Assembly (NCBI GenBank): GCA_964016885.1
Contig: OZ024741.1
Location: 9,858,001 to 9,922,000, forward strand
Direction of reading: 5' to 3'
DNA: 64,000 nucleotides
From: Eledone cirrhosa
Lineage: Eukaryota
The notes under the pieces are model-generated. The model was not told the origin of the DNA, did not search any database, and worked only from the letters and a program-made list of their open reading frames with translations. The position numbers and the translations under genes were made by a program. The first letter of the stretch is position 1. Every line of letters begins with the position of its first letter. Below are positions 13,415 to 26,600 of the stretch, in pieces.

Positions 13415-13655
13415 TACGTACATATGTATATGTATATATGTATATGTGTATATGTGTATATGTGTATATGTGTATGTGTAAATACATATACAAATATATA
13501 TGTGTGTGTATCTATGTGTGTACGTATGCATACTTACACACACACACATATATATGTGTGTGTGTGTGTGTGTATGTGTGTGTGTGTATCTATGTGTGTA
13601 CGTATGCATACTTACACACACACACACATATATATATATGTGTGTGTGTGTGTGC
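13415..13655. repeat. Compound TA/TG/CA microsatellite with a 78-bp duplication
   Basis: GTATCTATGTGTGTACGTATGCATACTTACACAC occurs twice, 78 bp apart. Confidence 0.95.
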
Positions 13656-14052
13656 GTATAAAAGCAAAGAATATATTGTACCTACAGCTCGTCACAATTA
13701 CAGTTAAGTTCAGATTTTATTGAGGTGAGAGAAGTTATTATTGTATCATTTAAACAATTGTCAACCTTTTGTGACTTGACACAGCAAATTAACAGTTGTA
13801 TGTCCAGGTCTACAGATGATATTGAGCAAAATATTTCCTCCTTCTACTACAATTAAACAAAAAGAGAACAGAAAAGACGATGGAAGCCTATAATTTTATA
13901 AAGGTTTGACAAGTGTAAAGATGAGTTATTTGCCAGACTTAGAAGTATACAGAAACATTTGAACTAAACCACAGTAATAATGCTGTAAGTTTATTTTTAA
14001 ATTGCAATGTTCTAATATATACTGTATACATAAATAGCCCAAAGTAAATAAG

Positions 14053-14171
14053 TGTGTATGCATGTTTATATTTAAGTATGTATGTATTTATGTATACGTA
14101 TGTATGTGTTTATGTATGTGTATATGTATGTATTTATGTATGTATATATGTATGTTTGTATGTTTGTATGC

Positions 14172-14210
<39 letters not shown>

Positions 14211-14532
14211 CATATATGAGTTAGCGAGATATATACATGCATACATACGTACAAGCGTACACACATACATAAATATATATATATATATATGCACATACAT
14301 GATTACTAACGTATGTACATATATACATACATACATATATACATACATACAAACATATATACATACATATATACACACATACATTACACACATACATATA
14401 TACATACATGCATACATACATACATACATACTTACAAACATACATATGTACATACACACATACATACATATACACATACATGCATACATACACATACATA
14501 CATACATATTCATACATACATACATACATAGA

Positions 14533-14566
<34 letters not shown>

Positions 14567-14578
14567 CATATATATATA
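14053..14578. repeat. Compound microsatellite (TATG)n-(TA)n-(CATA)n
   Basis: TATG arm, then a TA run at ~14175-14208, then a CATA arm. Confidence 0.95.
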
Positions 14579-14871
14579 ATGGCCACTAACAAAGCTCCCA
14601 CTTGGCCTCTTATATTAGTTTATCTCGCAACTCTATTTATATTTGTCATGCAAGCTTGAAGTAAATCTCATAAATTAAGCTGGATAATAGTAGAAGAGAA
14701 ATATTTCCCCCAGTTTCTCCAGCGCCATTTATTTGATGCACTTTCAAATGGCTCCGATTTCAACTCAAATAGCAATGAATTTGGGAAACAAAAAAAAAAA
14801 AAAAGGTTTTAGTGTGTGTGGGACGACTTAAAAACCTCTACGTAGTTGTTTAACATTTTGGGAGTCCTTTC

Positions 14872-14965
14872 TTTTTATTATTGTTTGTTATTATTATTTT
14901 TATTATTATTTATTGGGATTTCTTTATTGTTATTGTGAACACACCTGTTGTTTTTGTTTTTGTAT
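14872..14965. repeat. (TTA/TTG)n low-complexity tract
   Basis: Directly visible. Confidence 0.8.
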
Positions 14966-15086
14966 TTAGTACTTGTATGGACCCCAACGTTTCGGGCCCT
15001 ACTGGTTAATAACGGAGAATATTTCAAAATCCACTCCCAGTTTCTCACTTTGAATTTATGACCTCTCATGGTCATAACTAGTAGCT

Positions 15087-17017
15087 TGAGGATACGTGAG
15101 GAAATGTGAGGACATGTGAGGACATGTGAGGATATGTGAGGATATGAGAGGACATGTGAAGACATGTGAGGACATATGAGGATATGTGAGGACATGTGAG
15201 GACATGTGAGGATATGTGAGGATATGTGAGGACATGTGAAGACATGTGAGGACATATGAGGATATGTGAGGACATGTGAGGACATGTGAGGAAATGTGAG
15301 GAAATGTGAGGATATGTGAGGATATGTGAGGACATGTGAGGACTTATGAGGACATGTGAGGAAACGTGAGGACTTGTGAGGACATGTGAAGACATGTGAG
15401 GATATGTGAGGAAATGGGAGGAAATGTGAGGACGTGAGGATATGTGAGGCAATGTGAGAATATGTGAGGATATGTGAGGAAATGTGAGGATATGTGAGAC
15501 ATGTGAGGACATGTGAGGAGATGTGAGGATATGTGAGGACATGTGGGGATATGTGAGGATATGTGAGGACATGTGAAGACATGTGAGGACATGTGAGGAT
15601 ATGTGAGGATATGTGAGGACATGTGAGGAAATGTGAGGAAATGTGAGGACGTGAGGATATGTGAGGCAATGTGAGAATATGTGAGGATATGTGAGGAAAT
15701 ATGAGGATATGTGAGACATGTGAGGACATGTGCGGATATGTGAGGAAATGTGAGGACATGTGAGGACATGTGAGGACATGTGAGGATATGTGAGGAAATG
15801 TGAGGACATGTGAGGTTATGTGAGGAAATGTGAGGACATGTGAGGATATGTGAGGATATGTGAGAATATGTGAGGACATGTGAGGATATGTGAGGATATG
15901 TGAGGAAATGTGAGGATATGTGAGGATATGTGAGGATATGTGAGAATATGTGAGGCAATGTGAGGATATGTGAGGATATGTGAGGAAATGTGAGGATATG
16001 TGAGACATGTGAGGACATGTGCGGGTATGTGAGGACATGTGAGGACAGGTGAGGAAATGTGAGGACATCTGAGGATATGTGAGGACAGGTGAGGAATTGT
16101 GAGGCAATGTGAGGATATGTGAGGACATGTTAGGATACGTGAGGAAATGTGAGGACATGTGAGGATATGTGAGGATATGTGAGGACATGTGAAGACATGA
16201 GAGGACATGTGAGGATATGTGAGGACATGTGAGGACATGTGAGGAAATGTGAGGAAATGTGAGGATATGTGAAGATATGTGAGGATATGTGAGGATATGT
16301 GAGGACATGTGAGGACTTGTAAGGACATGTGAGGAAACGTGAGGAGTTGTGAGGACATGTGAAGACATGTGCGGATATGGGAGGAAATGTGAGGAAATGT
16401 GAGGATATGTGAGGATATGTGAGGATATGTGAGACATGTGAGGACATGTGAGGACATGTGCGGATATGTGAGGACATGTGAGGACATGTGAGGATATGTG
16501 AGGACAGGTGAGGAATTTTGAGGCAATGTGAGGATATGTGAGGACATGTTAGGATACGTGAGGAAATGTGAGGACATGTGAGGACATGTGAGGATATGTG
16601 AGGATATGTGAGGACATGTTAGGATATGTGAGGATATGTGAGCAAATGTGAGGAAATGTGAGGAAATGTGAGGACACGTGAGGAAATGTGAGGACATGTG
16701 AGGACATGTGAGGATATGTGAGGACAGGTGAGGAATTGTGAGGCAATGTGAGGATATGTGAGGAAATGTGAGGAAATGTGAGGATATGTGAGGATATGTG
16801 AGGACATGTGAGGAAATGTAGGGGAAATGTGAGGACATGTGAGGATATGTGAGGACATGTGAGGATATATGACGATATGTCAGGAAATGTGAGGAAATGT
16901 GAGAACATGTGAGGAAACGTAAGGACTTGTGAGGTAATGTGAAACATGTGAGGACATGTGAAGACATGTGAACACACGTGAAGACATGTGAAGACATGTG
17001 AGGACATGTGAAGACAT
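15087..17017. repeat. 10-bp satellite GAGGA(C/T/A)ATGT, ~195 copies
   Basis: 10-bp period with occasional shortened units. Variant blocks recur, e.g. GACGTGAGGATATGTGAGGCAATGTGAGAA at 15431 and 15648. Confidence 0.98.
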
Positions 17018-17187
17018 ACCCATTTCATTCCACGGCGTCTACAGCTTCCGGGTGCTTCATAATATAATTTACAGGACCCTAAGGACCCTATTCAAACATA
17101 TTCAGTGCAAATTGGCAACGAATCCGGTTGTAATTACGAAAGACAGGTTGTTGTTTTCATATTTAACGTTAACCAATACATATTGCA

Positions 17188-17219
17188 TTATTATTATTAT
17201 TATTATTATTAATATTATT
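17188..17219. repeat. (ATT)n microsatellite preceding the SINE pair
   Basis: Directly visible. Confidence 0.9.
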
Positions 17220-17220
17220 G

Positions 17221-17454
17221 GGCGGTGGTTTGGCAGAACTGGTAGAGCGCCGGACACCACGCTTCGCAGCATATAGTTACAGCCATTTGCGTTCTGAGTT
17301 CCAATCCCGCCGAGGTTAACTTCGCTTTTCATCATCACGGGGTCGATAAAATAAAGTACCAGTAATACACTGGCGTCGATTTAATCTATTTTCCTCGCCC
17401 CTAAATTTGTTGACCTTTGACTTAATCAGAAACCATTATTATTATTATTATTAT
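17221..17454 (+). mobile_element. tRNA-derived SINE, near full length, (ATT)n tail
   Basis: A-box-like TGGCAGAACTGG at 17231, B-box-like GAGTTCCAATCC at 17297, body CCGAGGTTAACTTCGCTTTTCATC...GGGGTCGATAAAATAAAGTACCAGT, tail GAAACC(ATT)n. Confidence 0.9.
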
Positions 17455-17463
17455 AATTCCTAA

Positions 17464-17666
17464 GGCGGTGGATTGGCGGTGGATTGGCAGTATCGGTAGA
17501 GGGTCGGACGCCATGATTTCCAGCATAATTACGTCCCTTTACGGTCTGAGTTCAAATCCCGCCGAGGTTGACTTTGCCTTTCATCCTTACGGGGTCGATA
17601 AACTAAAGTATCAGTAATGCACTGGATGATTGCTGGCCTTGTGCCTAAAGTAGAAACAATTATTAT
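17464..17666 (+). mobile_element. Second tandem SINE copy with an internal 3' deletion
   Basis: A-box-like TGGCAGTATCGG, B box GAGTTCAAATCC at 17548, homologous to the preceding copy. It has an 11-bp 5' duplication GGCGGTGGATT and is bracketed by the 20-bp direct repeat ATTATTATAATTCCTAAGGC. Confidence 0.9.
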
Positions 17667-17685
17667 AATTCCTAAGGCTTTTATT

Positions 17686-20600
17686 GAGGGAGTTATAGAC
17701 AATAGTATCTACTTTAGTGTGGTAGATGTTATACCAACACTATACCACTAGGGGGAGCTATAGTCAATAGTATCTACTTTACTATGCTAGATGTTATACC
17801 AACACTATACCAACAGAGGGAGCTATAGTCAATAGTATCTACTTTACTGTGGTAGATGTTATACCAACACTATACCACTAGAGGGAGCTATAGTCAATAG
17901 TATCTACTTTACTGTGGTAGATGTTATACCAACACTATCACACTAGAGGAAGCTATAGACAATAGTATCTACTTTACTATGGTAGATGTTATACCAACAC
18001 TATACCAATAGAGGGAGCTATAGTCAATAGTATCTACTTTACTGTGGTAGATGTTATACCAACACTATACTACTAGAGGGAGCTATAGTCAATAGTATCT
18101 ACTTTACTGTGGTAGATGTTATACCAACACTATACCACTAGAGGGAGCTATAGTCAATATTATCTACTTTACTGTGGGAGATGTTATACCAACACTATAC
18201 CACTAGAGGGAGCTATAGTCAATAGTATCTACTTTACTATGGTAGATGTTATACCAACACTATACCACTAGAGGTAAATACAGTCAATAGTATCTACTTT
18301 ACTATGGTAGATGTTATACCAACACTATACCAACAGAGGGAGCTATAATCAATAGTATCTACTTTACTGTGGTAGATGTTATACCAACACTATACCGCAA
18401 GAGGGAGCTACCGACAATAGTATCTACTTTACTGTGGTAGCTGTTATACCAACACTATACCACTAGAGGGAGCCATAGTCAATAGTATCTACTTTACTGT
18501 GGTAGATGTTATACCAACACTATACCATTAGAGGGAGCTATAGTCAATAGTATCTACTTTACTGTGGTAGATGTTATACCAACACTATACCAATAGAGGG
18601 AGCTATAGTCAATAGTCTCTACTTTACTGTGGTAGATGTTATACCAACACTATACCAACAGAGGGAGCTATAGTCAATAGTCTCTACTTTACTGTGGGAG
18701 ATGTTATACCATCACTAAACCACAAGAGGGAGCTATAGTCAATAGTATCTATTTTACTGTGGTAGATGTTATACCAACACTATACCAATAGAGGGAGCTA
18801 TAGTCAATAGTATCCACTTTAGTGTGGTAGATATTATACCAACATTATACCAATAGAGGGAGCTATAGTCAATAGTATATACTTTACTGTGGTAGATGTT
18901 ATACCAACACTACACCACCTGAGGGAGCTATAGTCAATAGTATCTACTTTACTATGGTAGATGTTATACCAACACTATACCACTAGAGGGAGCTATAGTC
19001 AATAGTATCTACTTTACTGTGGTATATGGTATACAAACACTATACCACTAGAGGGAGCTATAGTCAATAGTATCTACTTTAATGTGGTAGATGTTATGCC
19101 AACACTATACCACTAGAGGCAGCTATAGTCAATAGTATCTACTTTACTATGGTAGATGGTATACCAACACTATACCACTAGAGGGAGCTATAGTCAATAG
19201 TATCTACTTTACTGTGGTAGATGTTATACCAACACTATACCACTAGAGGCAGCTATAGTCAATAGTATCTCTTTACTGTGGGAGATGCTATACCAACACT
19301 ATACCAATAGAGGGAGCTATAGTCAATAGTATCTACTTTACTATGGTAGAGATGTTATACCAACACTATACCACTAGAGGGAGCTATAGTGAATAGTATC
19401 TACTTTAATGTGGTAGATGTTATACCAACACTATACCACTAGAGGGAGCTATAGTCAATAGTATCTACTTTACTGTGGTAGATGTTATACCAACACTATA
19501 CCACTAGAGGGAGATATAGTCAATAGTATCTACTTTACTGTGGTAGATGTTATACTAACACTATTCTACTAGAGGGAGCTATAGTGAATAGTATCTACTT
19601 TACTATGGTAGATGTTATACCAACACTATACCACTAGAGGGAGCTATAGTCAATAGTATCTACTTTACTATGGTAGATGATATACCAACACTATACACGT
19701 AGAGGGAGCTATAGTCAATAGTATCTACTTTACTATGGTAGATATTATACCAACACTGTACCACAAGAGGGAGCTATAGTCAATAGTATCTACTTTACTG
19801 TGGTAGATGTTATACCAACACTATACCAATAGAGGGAGCTATAGTCAATAGTATCTACTTTACTGTGGTAGAGGTTATACCAACACTATACCAACAGAGG
19901 GAGCTATAGTCAATAGTATCTACTTTACTGTGGTAGATGTTATACCAACACTATACCGCAAGAGGGAGCTATAGTCAATAGTATCTACTTTACTGTGGTA
20001 GATGTTATACCAACACTATACCACAAGAGGGAGCTACCGTCAATAGTATCTACTTTACTGTGGTAGATGTTATACCAACACTATACGACTAGAGGGAGCT
20101 ATAGTCAATAGTATCTACTTTACTATGGTATATGGTATACAAACACTATACCCCTAGAGGGAGCTTTAGTCAATAGTATCTACTTTAATGTGGTAGATGT
20201 TATACCAACACTATACCTCTAGAGGCAGCTATATTCAATAGTATCTACTTTACTATGGTAGATGGTATACCAACACTATACCACTAGAGGGAGCTATAGT
20301 CAATAGTATCTACTTTACTGTGGTAGATGTTATACCAACACTATACCAATAGAGGGAGCTATAGTCAATAGTATCTACTTTAGTGTGGGAGATGTTATAC
20401 CAAAACTATACCAATAGAGGGAGCTATAGTCAATAGTATCTACTTTAATGTGGTAGATGTTATACCAACACTATACCAATAGAGGGAGCTATATTCAATA
20501 GTATCTACTTTAATGTGGTAGATGTTATACCAACACTATACCAATAGAGGGAGCTATAGTCAATAGTATCTACTTTACTATGGTATATATTATACCACCA

Positions 20601-23600
20601 CTATACCAATAGAGGGAGTTATAGTCAATAGTATCTACTTTACTGTGGTAGATGTTATACCAACAGTATACCAATAGAGGGAGCTATAGTCAATGGTATC
20701 CACTTTACTGTGGTAGATGTTATACGAACACTATACCACAAGAGGGAGCTATAGTCAATAGTATCTACTTTACTGTGGTAGATGTTATACCAACACTATA
20801 CCACAAGAGGGAGCTATAGTCAATAGTATCTATTTTACTGTGGTAGATGTTATACCAACACTATACCAATAGAGGGAGCTATAGTCAATAGTATCTACTT
20901 TAGTGTGGTAGATGTTATACCAACACTATACCAATAGAGGGAGCTATAGTCAATAGTATATACTTTACTGTGGTAGATGTTATACCAACACTACACTACC
21001 TGAGGGAGCTATAGTCAATAGTCTCTACTTTACTGTGGGAGATGTTATACCAACACTATACCGCAAGAGGGAGCTATAGTCAATAGTATCTACTTTACTG
21101 TGGTAGATGTTATACCAACACTATACCACTATTGGGAGCTATAGTCAATAGTCTCTACTTTACTGTGGTAGATGTTATAACAACACTATACCAATAGAGG
21201 GAGCTATAGTCAATAGTATCTACTTTAGTGTGGTAGATGATATACAAACACTATACCACTAGAGGGAGCTATAGTCAATAGTATCTACTTTAATGTGGTA
21301 GATGTTATACCAACACTATACCACTAGAGGCAGCTATAGTCAATAGTATCTACTTTACTGTGGGAGATGTTATACCAACACTATACCACTAGAGGGAGCT
21401 ATAGTCAATAGAATCTACTTTACTATGGTAGATGTTAACCAACACTATACCACCAGAGGGAGCTATAGTCAATAGTATCTACTTTACTGTGTTAGATGTT
21501 ATACCAACACTATACCACTAGAAGGAGCTATATTCAATAGTATCTACTTTACTATGGTAGATGTTATACCAACACTATACCAATAGAGGGAGATATAGTC
21601 AATAGTATCTACTTTACTATGGTAGAGATGTTATACCAACACTATACCACTAGAGGGAGCTATAATCAATAGTATCTACTTTACTGTGGTAGATGTTATA
21701 CCAACACTATACCACTAGAGGGAGCTATAGTCAATAGTATCTACTTTACTATGGTAGATGTGATACCAACACTATACACCTAGAGGGAGCTATAGTCAAT
21801 AGTATCTACTTTACTATGGTATATATTATACCACCACTATACCAATAGAGGGAGTTATAGTCAATAGTATCTACTTTACTGTGGTAGATGTTATACCAAC
21901 ACTATACCAACAGAGGGAGCTATAGTCAATAGTATCTACTTTAGTGTGGTAGATGTTATACCAACACTATACCAATAGAGGGAGCTATAGTCAATAGTAT
22001 ATACTTTACTGTGGTAGATGTTATACCAACACTACACTACCTGAGGGAGCTATAGTCAATAGTCTCTACTTTACTGTGGGAGATGTTATACCAACACTAT
22101 ACCGCAAGAGGGAGCTATAGTCAATAGTATCTACTTTACTGTGGTAGATGTTATACCAACACTATACCACTATTGGGAGCTATAGTCAATAGTATCTACT
22201 TTACTATGGTATATGGTATACAAACACTATACCACTAGAGGGAGCTATAGTCAATAGTATCTACTTTAATGTGGTAGATGTTATACCAACACTATACCAC
22301 TAGAGGCAGCTATATTCAATAGTATCTACTTTACTGTGGTAGATGTTATACCAACACTATACCACTAGAGGGAGCTATAGTCAATAGTATCTACTTTACT
22401 GTGGTAGATGTTATACCAACACTATACCAATAGAGGGAGCTATAGTCAATAGTGTCTACTTTACTGTGGTAGATGTTATACCAACACTATACCAACAGAG
22501 GGAGCTATAGTCAATAGTCTCTACTTTACTGTGGGAGATGTTATACCATCACTACACCACAAGAGGTAGTTATAGTCAATAGTATCTATTTTACTGTGGT
22601 AGATGTTATACCAACACTATACCAATAGAGGGAGCTACAGTCAATAGTATCCACTTTAGTGTGGTAGATGTTATACCAACATTATACCAATAGAGGGAGC
22701 TATAGTAAATAGTATATACTTTACTGTGGTAGATGTTATACCAACACTACACCATCTGAGGGAGCTATAGTCAATAGTATCTACTTTACTATGGTAGATG
22801 TTATACCAACACTATACCACTAGAGGGAGCTATATTCAATAGTATCTACTTTACTGTGGTATATGGTATACAAACACTATACCACTAGAGGGAGCTATAG
22901 TCAATAGTATCTACTTTAATGTGGTAGATGTTATACCAACACTATACCACTAGAGGCAGCTATAGTCAATAGTATCTACTTTACTATGGTAGATGGTATA
23001 CCAACACTATACCACTAGAGGGAGCTATAGTCAATAGTATCTACTTTACTGTGGTAGATGTTATACCAACACTATACCACTAGAGGCAGCTATAGTCAAT
23101 AGTATCTCTTTACTGTGGGAGATGCTATACCAACACTATACCAATAGAGGGAGCTATAGTCAATAGTATCTACTTTAATGTGGTAGGTGTTATACCAACA
23201 CTATACCAATAGAGGGAGCTATAGTCAATAGTATCTACTTTACTATGGTAGAGATGTTATACGAACACTATACCACTAGAGGGAGCTATAGTGAATAGTA
23301 TCTACTTTACTGTGGTAGATGTTATACCAACACTATACCACTAGAGGGAGCTATATTCAATAGTATCTACTTTACTGTGGTAGATGTTATACCAACTCTA
23401 TACACCTAGAGGGAGCTATAGTCAATAGTATCTACTTTACTATGGTAGATATTATACCAACACTGTACCACAAGAGGGAGCTATAGTCAATAGTATCTAC
23501 TTTACTGTGGTAGATGTTATACCAACACTATACCAATAGAGGGAGCTATAGTCAATAGTATCTACTTTACTGTGGTAGAGGTTATACCAACACTATACCA

Positions 23601-26600
23601 ACAGAGGGAGCTATAGTCAATAGTATCTACTTTACTGTGGTAGATGTTATACCAACACTATACCGCAAGAGGGAGCTATAGTCAATAGTATCTACTTTAC
23701 TGTGGTAGATGTTATACCAACACTATACCACAAGAGGGAGCTACCGTCAATAGTATCTACTTTACTGTGGTAGATGTTATACCAACACTATACCACTAGA
23801 GGGAGCTATAGTCAATAGTATCTACTTTACTATGGTAGATGTGATACCAACACTATACACCTAGAGGGAGCTATAGTCAATAGTATCTACTTTACTATGG
23901 TATATATTATACCACCACTATACCAATAGAGGGAGTTATAGTCAATAGTATCTACTTTACTGTGGTAGATGTTATACCAACACTATACCAATAGAGGGAG
24001 CTATAGTCAATAGTATCCACTTTACTGTGGTAGATGTTATACCAACACTATACCACAAGAGGGAGCTATAGTCAATAGTATCTACTTTACTGTGGTAGAT
24101 GTTATACCAACACTATACCACAAGAGGGAGCTATAGTCAATAGTATCTATTTTACTGTGGTAGATGTTATACGAACACTATACCAATAGAGGGAGCTATA
24201 GTCAATAGTATCTACTTTAGTGTGGTAGATGTTATACCAACACTATACCAATAGAGGGAGCTATAGTCAATAGTATATACTTTACTGTGGTAGATGTTAT
24301 ACCAACACTACATTACCTGAGGGAGCTATAGTCAATAGTCTCTACTTAACTGTGGTAGATGTTATACCAACACTATACCGCAAGAGGGAGCTATAGTCAA
24401 TAGTATCTACTTTACTTTGGTAGATGTTATACCAACACTATACCACTATTGGGAGCTATAGTCAATAGTATCTACTTTACTATGGTATATGGTATACAAA
24501 CACTATACCACTAGAGGGAGCTATAGTCAATAGTATCTACTTTACTGTGTTAGATGTTATACCAACACTATACCAATAGAGGGAGATATAGTCAATAGTA
24601 TCTACTTTACTATGGTAGAGATGTTATACCAACACTATACCACTAGAGGGAGCTATAATCAATAGTATCTACTTTACTGTGGTAGATGTTATACCAACAC
24701 TATACCACTAGAGGGAGCTATAGTCAATAGTATCTACTTTACTGTGTTAGATGTTATACCAACACTATACCAATAGAGGGAGATATAGTCAATAGTATCT
24801 ACTTTACTATGGTAGAGATGTTATACCAACACTATACCACTAGAGGGAGCTATAATCAATAGTATCTACTTTACTGTGGTAGATGTTATACCAACACTAT
24901 ACCACTAGAGGGAGCTATAGTCAATAGTATCTACTTTACTATGGTAGATGTGATACCAACACTATACACCTAGAGGGAGCTATAGTCAATAGTATCTACT
25001 TTACTATGGTATATATTATACCACCACTATACCAATAGAGGGAGTTATAGTCAATAGTATCTACTTTAGTGTGGTAGATGTTATACCAACACTATACCGC
25101 AAGAGGGAGCTATAGTCAATAGTATCTACTTTACTGTGGTAGATGTTATACCAACACTATACCACTATTGGGTGCTATAGTCAATAGTATCTACTTTACT
25201 ATGGTATATGGTATACAAACAATATACCACTAGAGGGAGCTATAGTCAATAGTATCTACTTTAATGTGGTAGATGTTATACCAACACTATACCACTAGAG
25301 GCAGCTATAGTCAATAGTATCTACTTTACTGTGGGAGATGTTATACCAACACTATACCACTAGAGGGAGCTATAGTCAATAGTATCTACTTTAATGTGGT
25401 AGATTTTATACCAACACTATACCAATAGAGGGAGCTATAGTCAATAGTATCTACTTTACTATGGTAGATGTTAACCAACACTATACCACCAGAGGGAGCT
25501 ATAGTCAATAGTATCTACTTTACTGTGTTAGATGTTATACCAACACTATACCACTAGAGGGAGCTATAGTCAATAGTATCTACTTTACTATGGTAGATGT
25601 TATACCAACACTATACCAATAGAGGGAGATATAGTCAATAGTATCTACTTTACTATGGTAGAGATGTTATACCAACACTATACCACTAGAGGGAGCTATA
25701 ATAAATAGTATCTACTTTACTGTGGTAGATGTGATACCAACACTATACACCTAGAGGGAGCTATAGTCAATAGTATCTACTTTACTATGGTATATATTAT
25801 ACCACCGCTATACCAATAGAGGGAGTTATAGTCAATAGTATCTACTTTACTGTGGTAGATGTTATACCAACACTATACCAACAGAGGGAGCTATAGTCAA
25901 TAGTATCTACTTTACTGTGGTAGATGTTATACCAACACTATACCACAAGAGGGAGCTATAGTCAATGGTATCTACTTTACTGTGGTAGATGTTATACTAA
26001 CACTATACTACTAGAGGGAGCTATAGTGAATAGTATCTACTTTACTATGGTAGATGTTATACCAACACTATACCACTAGAGGGAGCTATAGTCAATAGTA
26101 TCTACTTTACTATGGTAGATGATATACCAACACTATACACCTAGAGGTAGCTATAGTCAATAGTATCTACTTTACTGTGGTAGATGTTATACCAACACTA
26201 TACCAATAGAGGGAGCAATAGTCAATAGTATCTACTTTACTGTGGTAGATGTTATACCAACACTACACAACTAGAGGGAGCTATAGTCAATAGTATCTAC
26301 TTTACTGTGGTAGATGTTATACCAACACTACACCACTAGAGGGAGCTATAGTCAATAGTATCTACTTTAATGTGGTAGATGTTATACCAACACTATACCA
26401 ATAGAGGGAGCTATAGTCAATAGTATCTACATTACTATGGTAGAGATGTTATACCAACACTATACCACTAGAGGGAGCTATAGTCAATAGTATCTAATTT
26501 ACTGTGGTAGATGTTATACCAACACTATACATCTAGAGGGAGCTATAGTCAATAGTATCTACTTTACTGTGGTAGATGTTATACCAACACTATACCAACA

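Noticed and set aside
13690-13990. Possible exons (CAG acceptors, GTGAGA/GTAAGT donors)
   Set aside because: Frames are interrupted by stops, no protein similarity is recognisable, and such sites are expected by chance.
14975-15080. Minus-strand 'TMRGHKFKVR' (like the CR1/L2 ORF2 C-terminal TRGH motif) and CCGAAACGTT (Penelope/hammerhead-like)
   Set aside because: The matches are too short. No downstream FF..R..WN motif and no CTGANGA core were seen.
14878-17028. His/Ser/Pro-rich ORFs
   Set aside because: Translations of the 10-bp satellite in several frames.
17221-17560. tRNA genes at the A/B-box elements (also 11891-11978)
   Set aside because: No cloverleaf is evident, and each continues into a shared SINE body.
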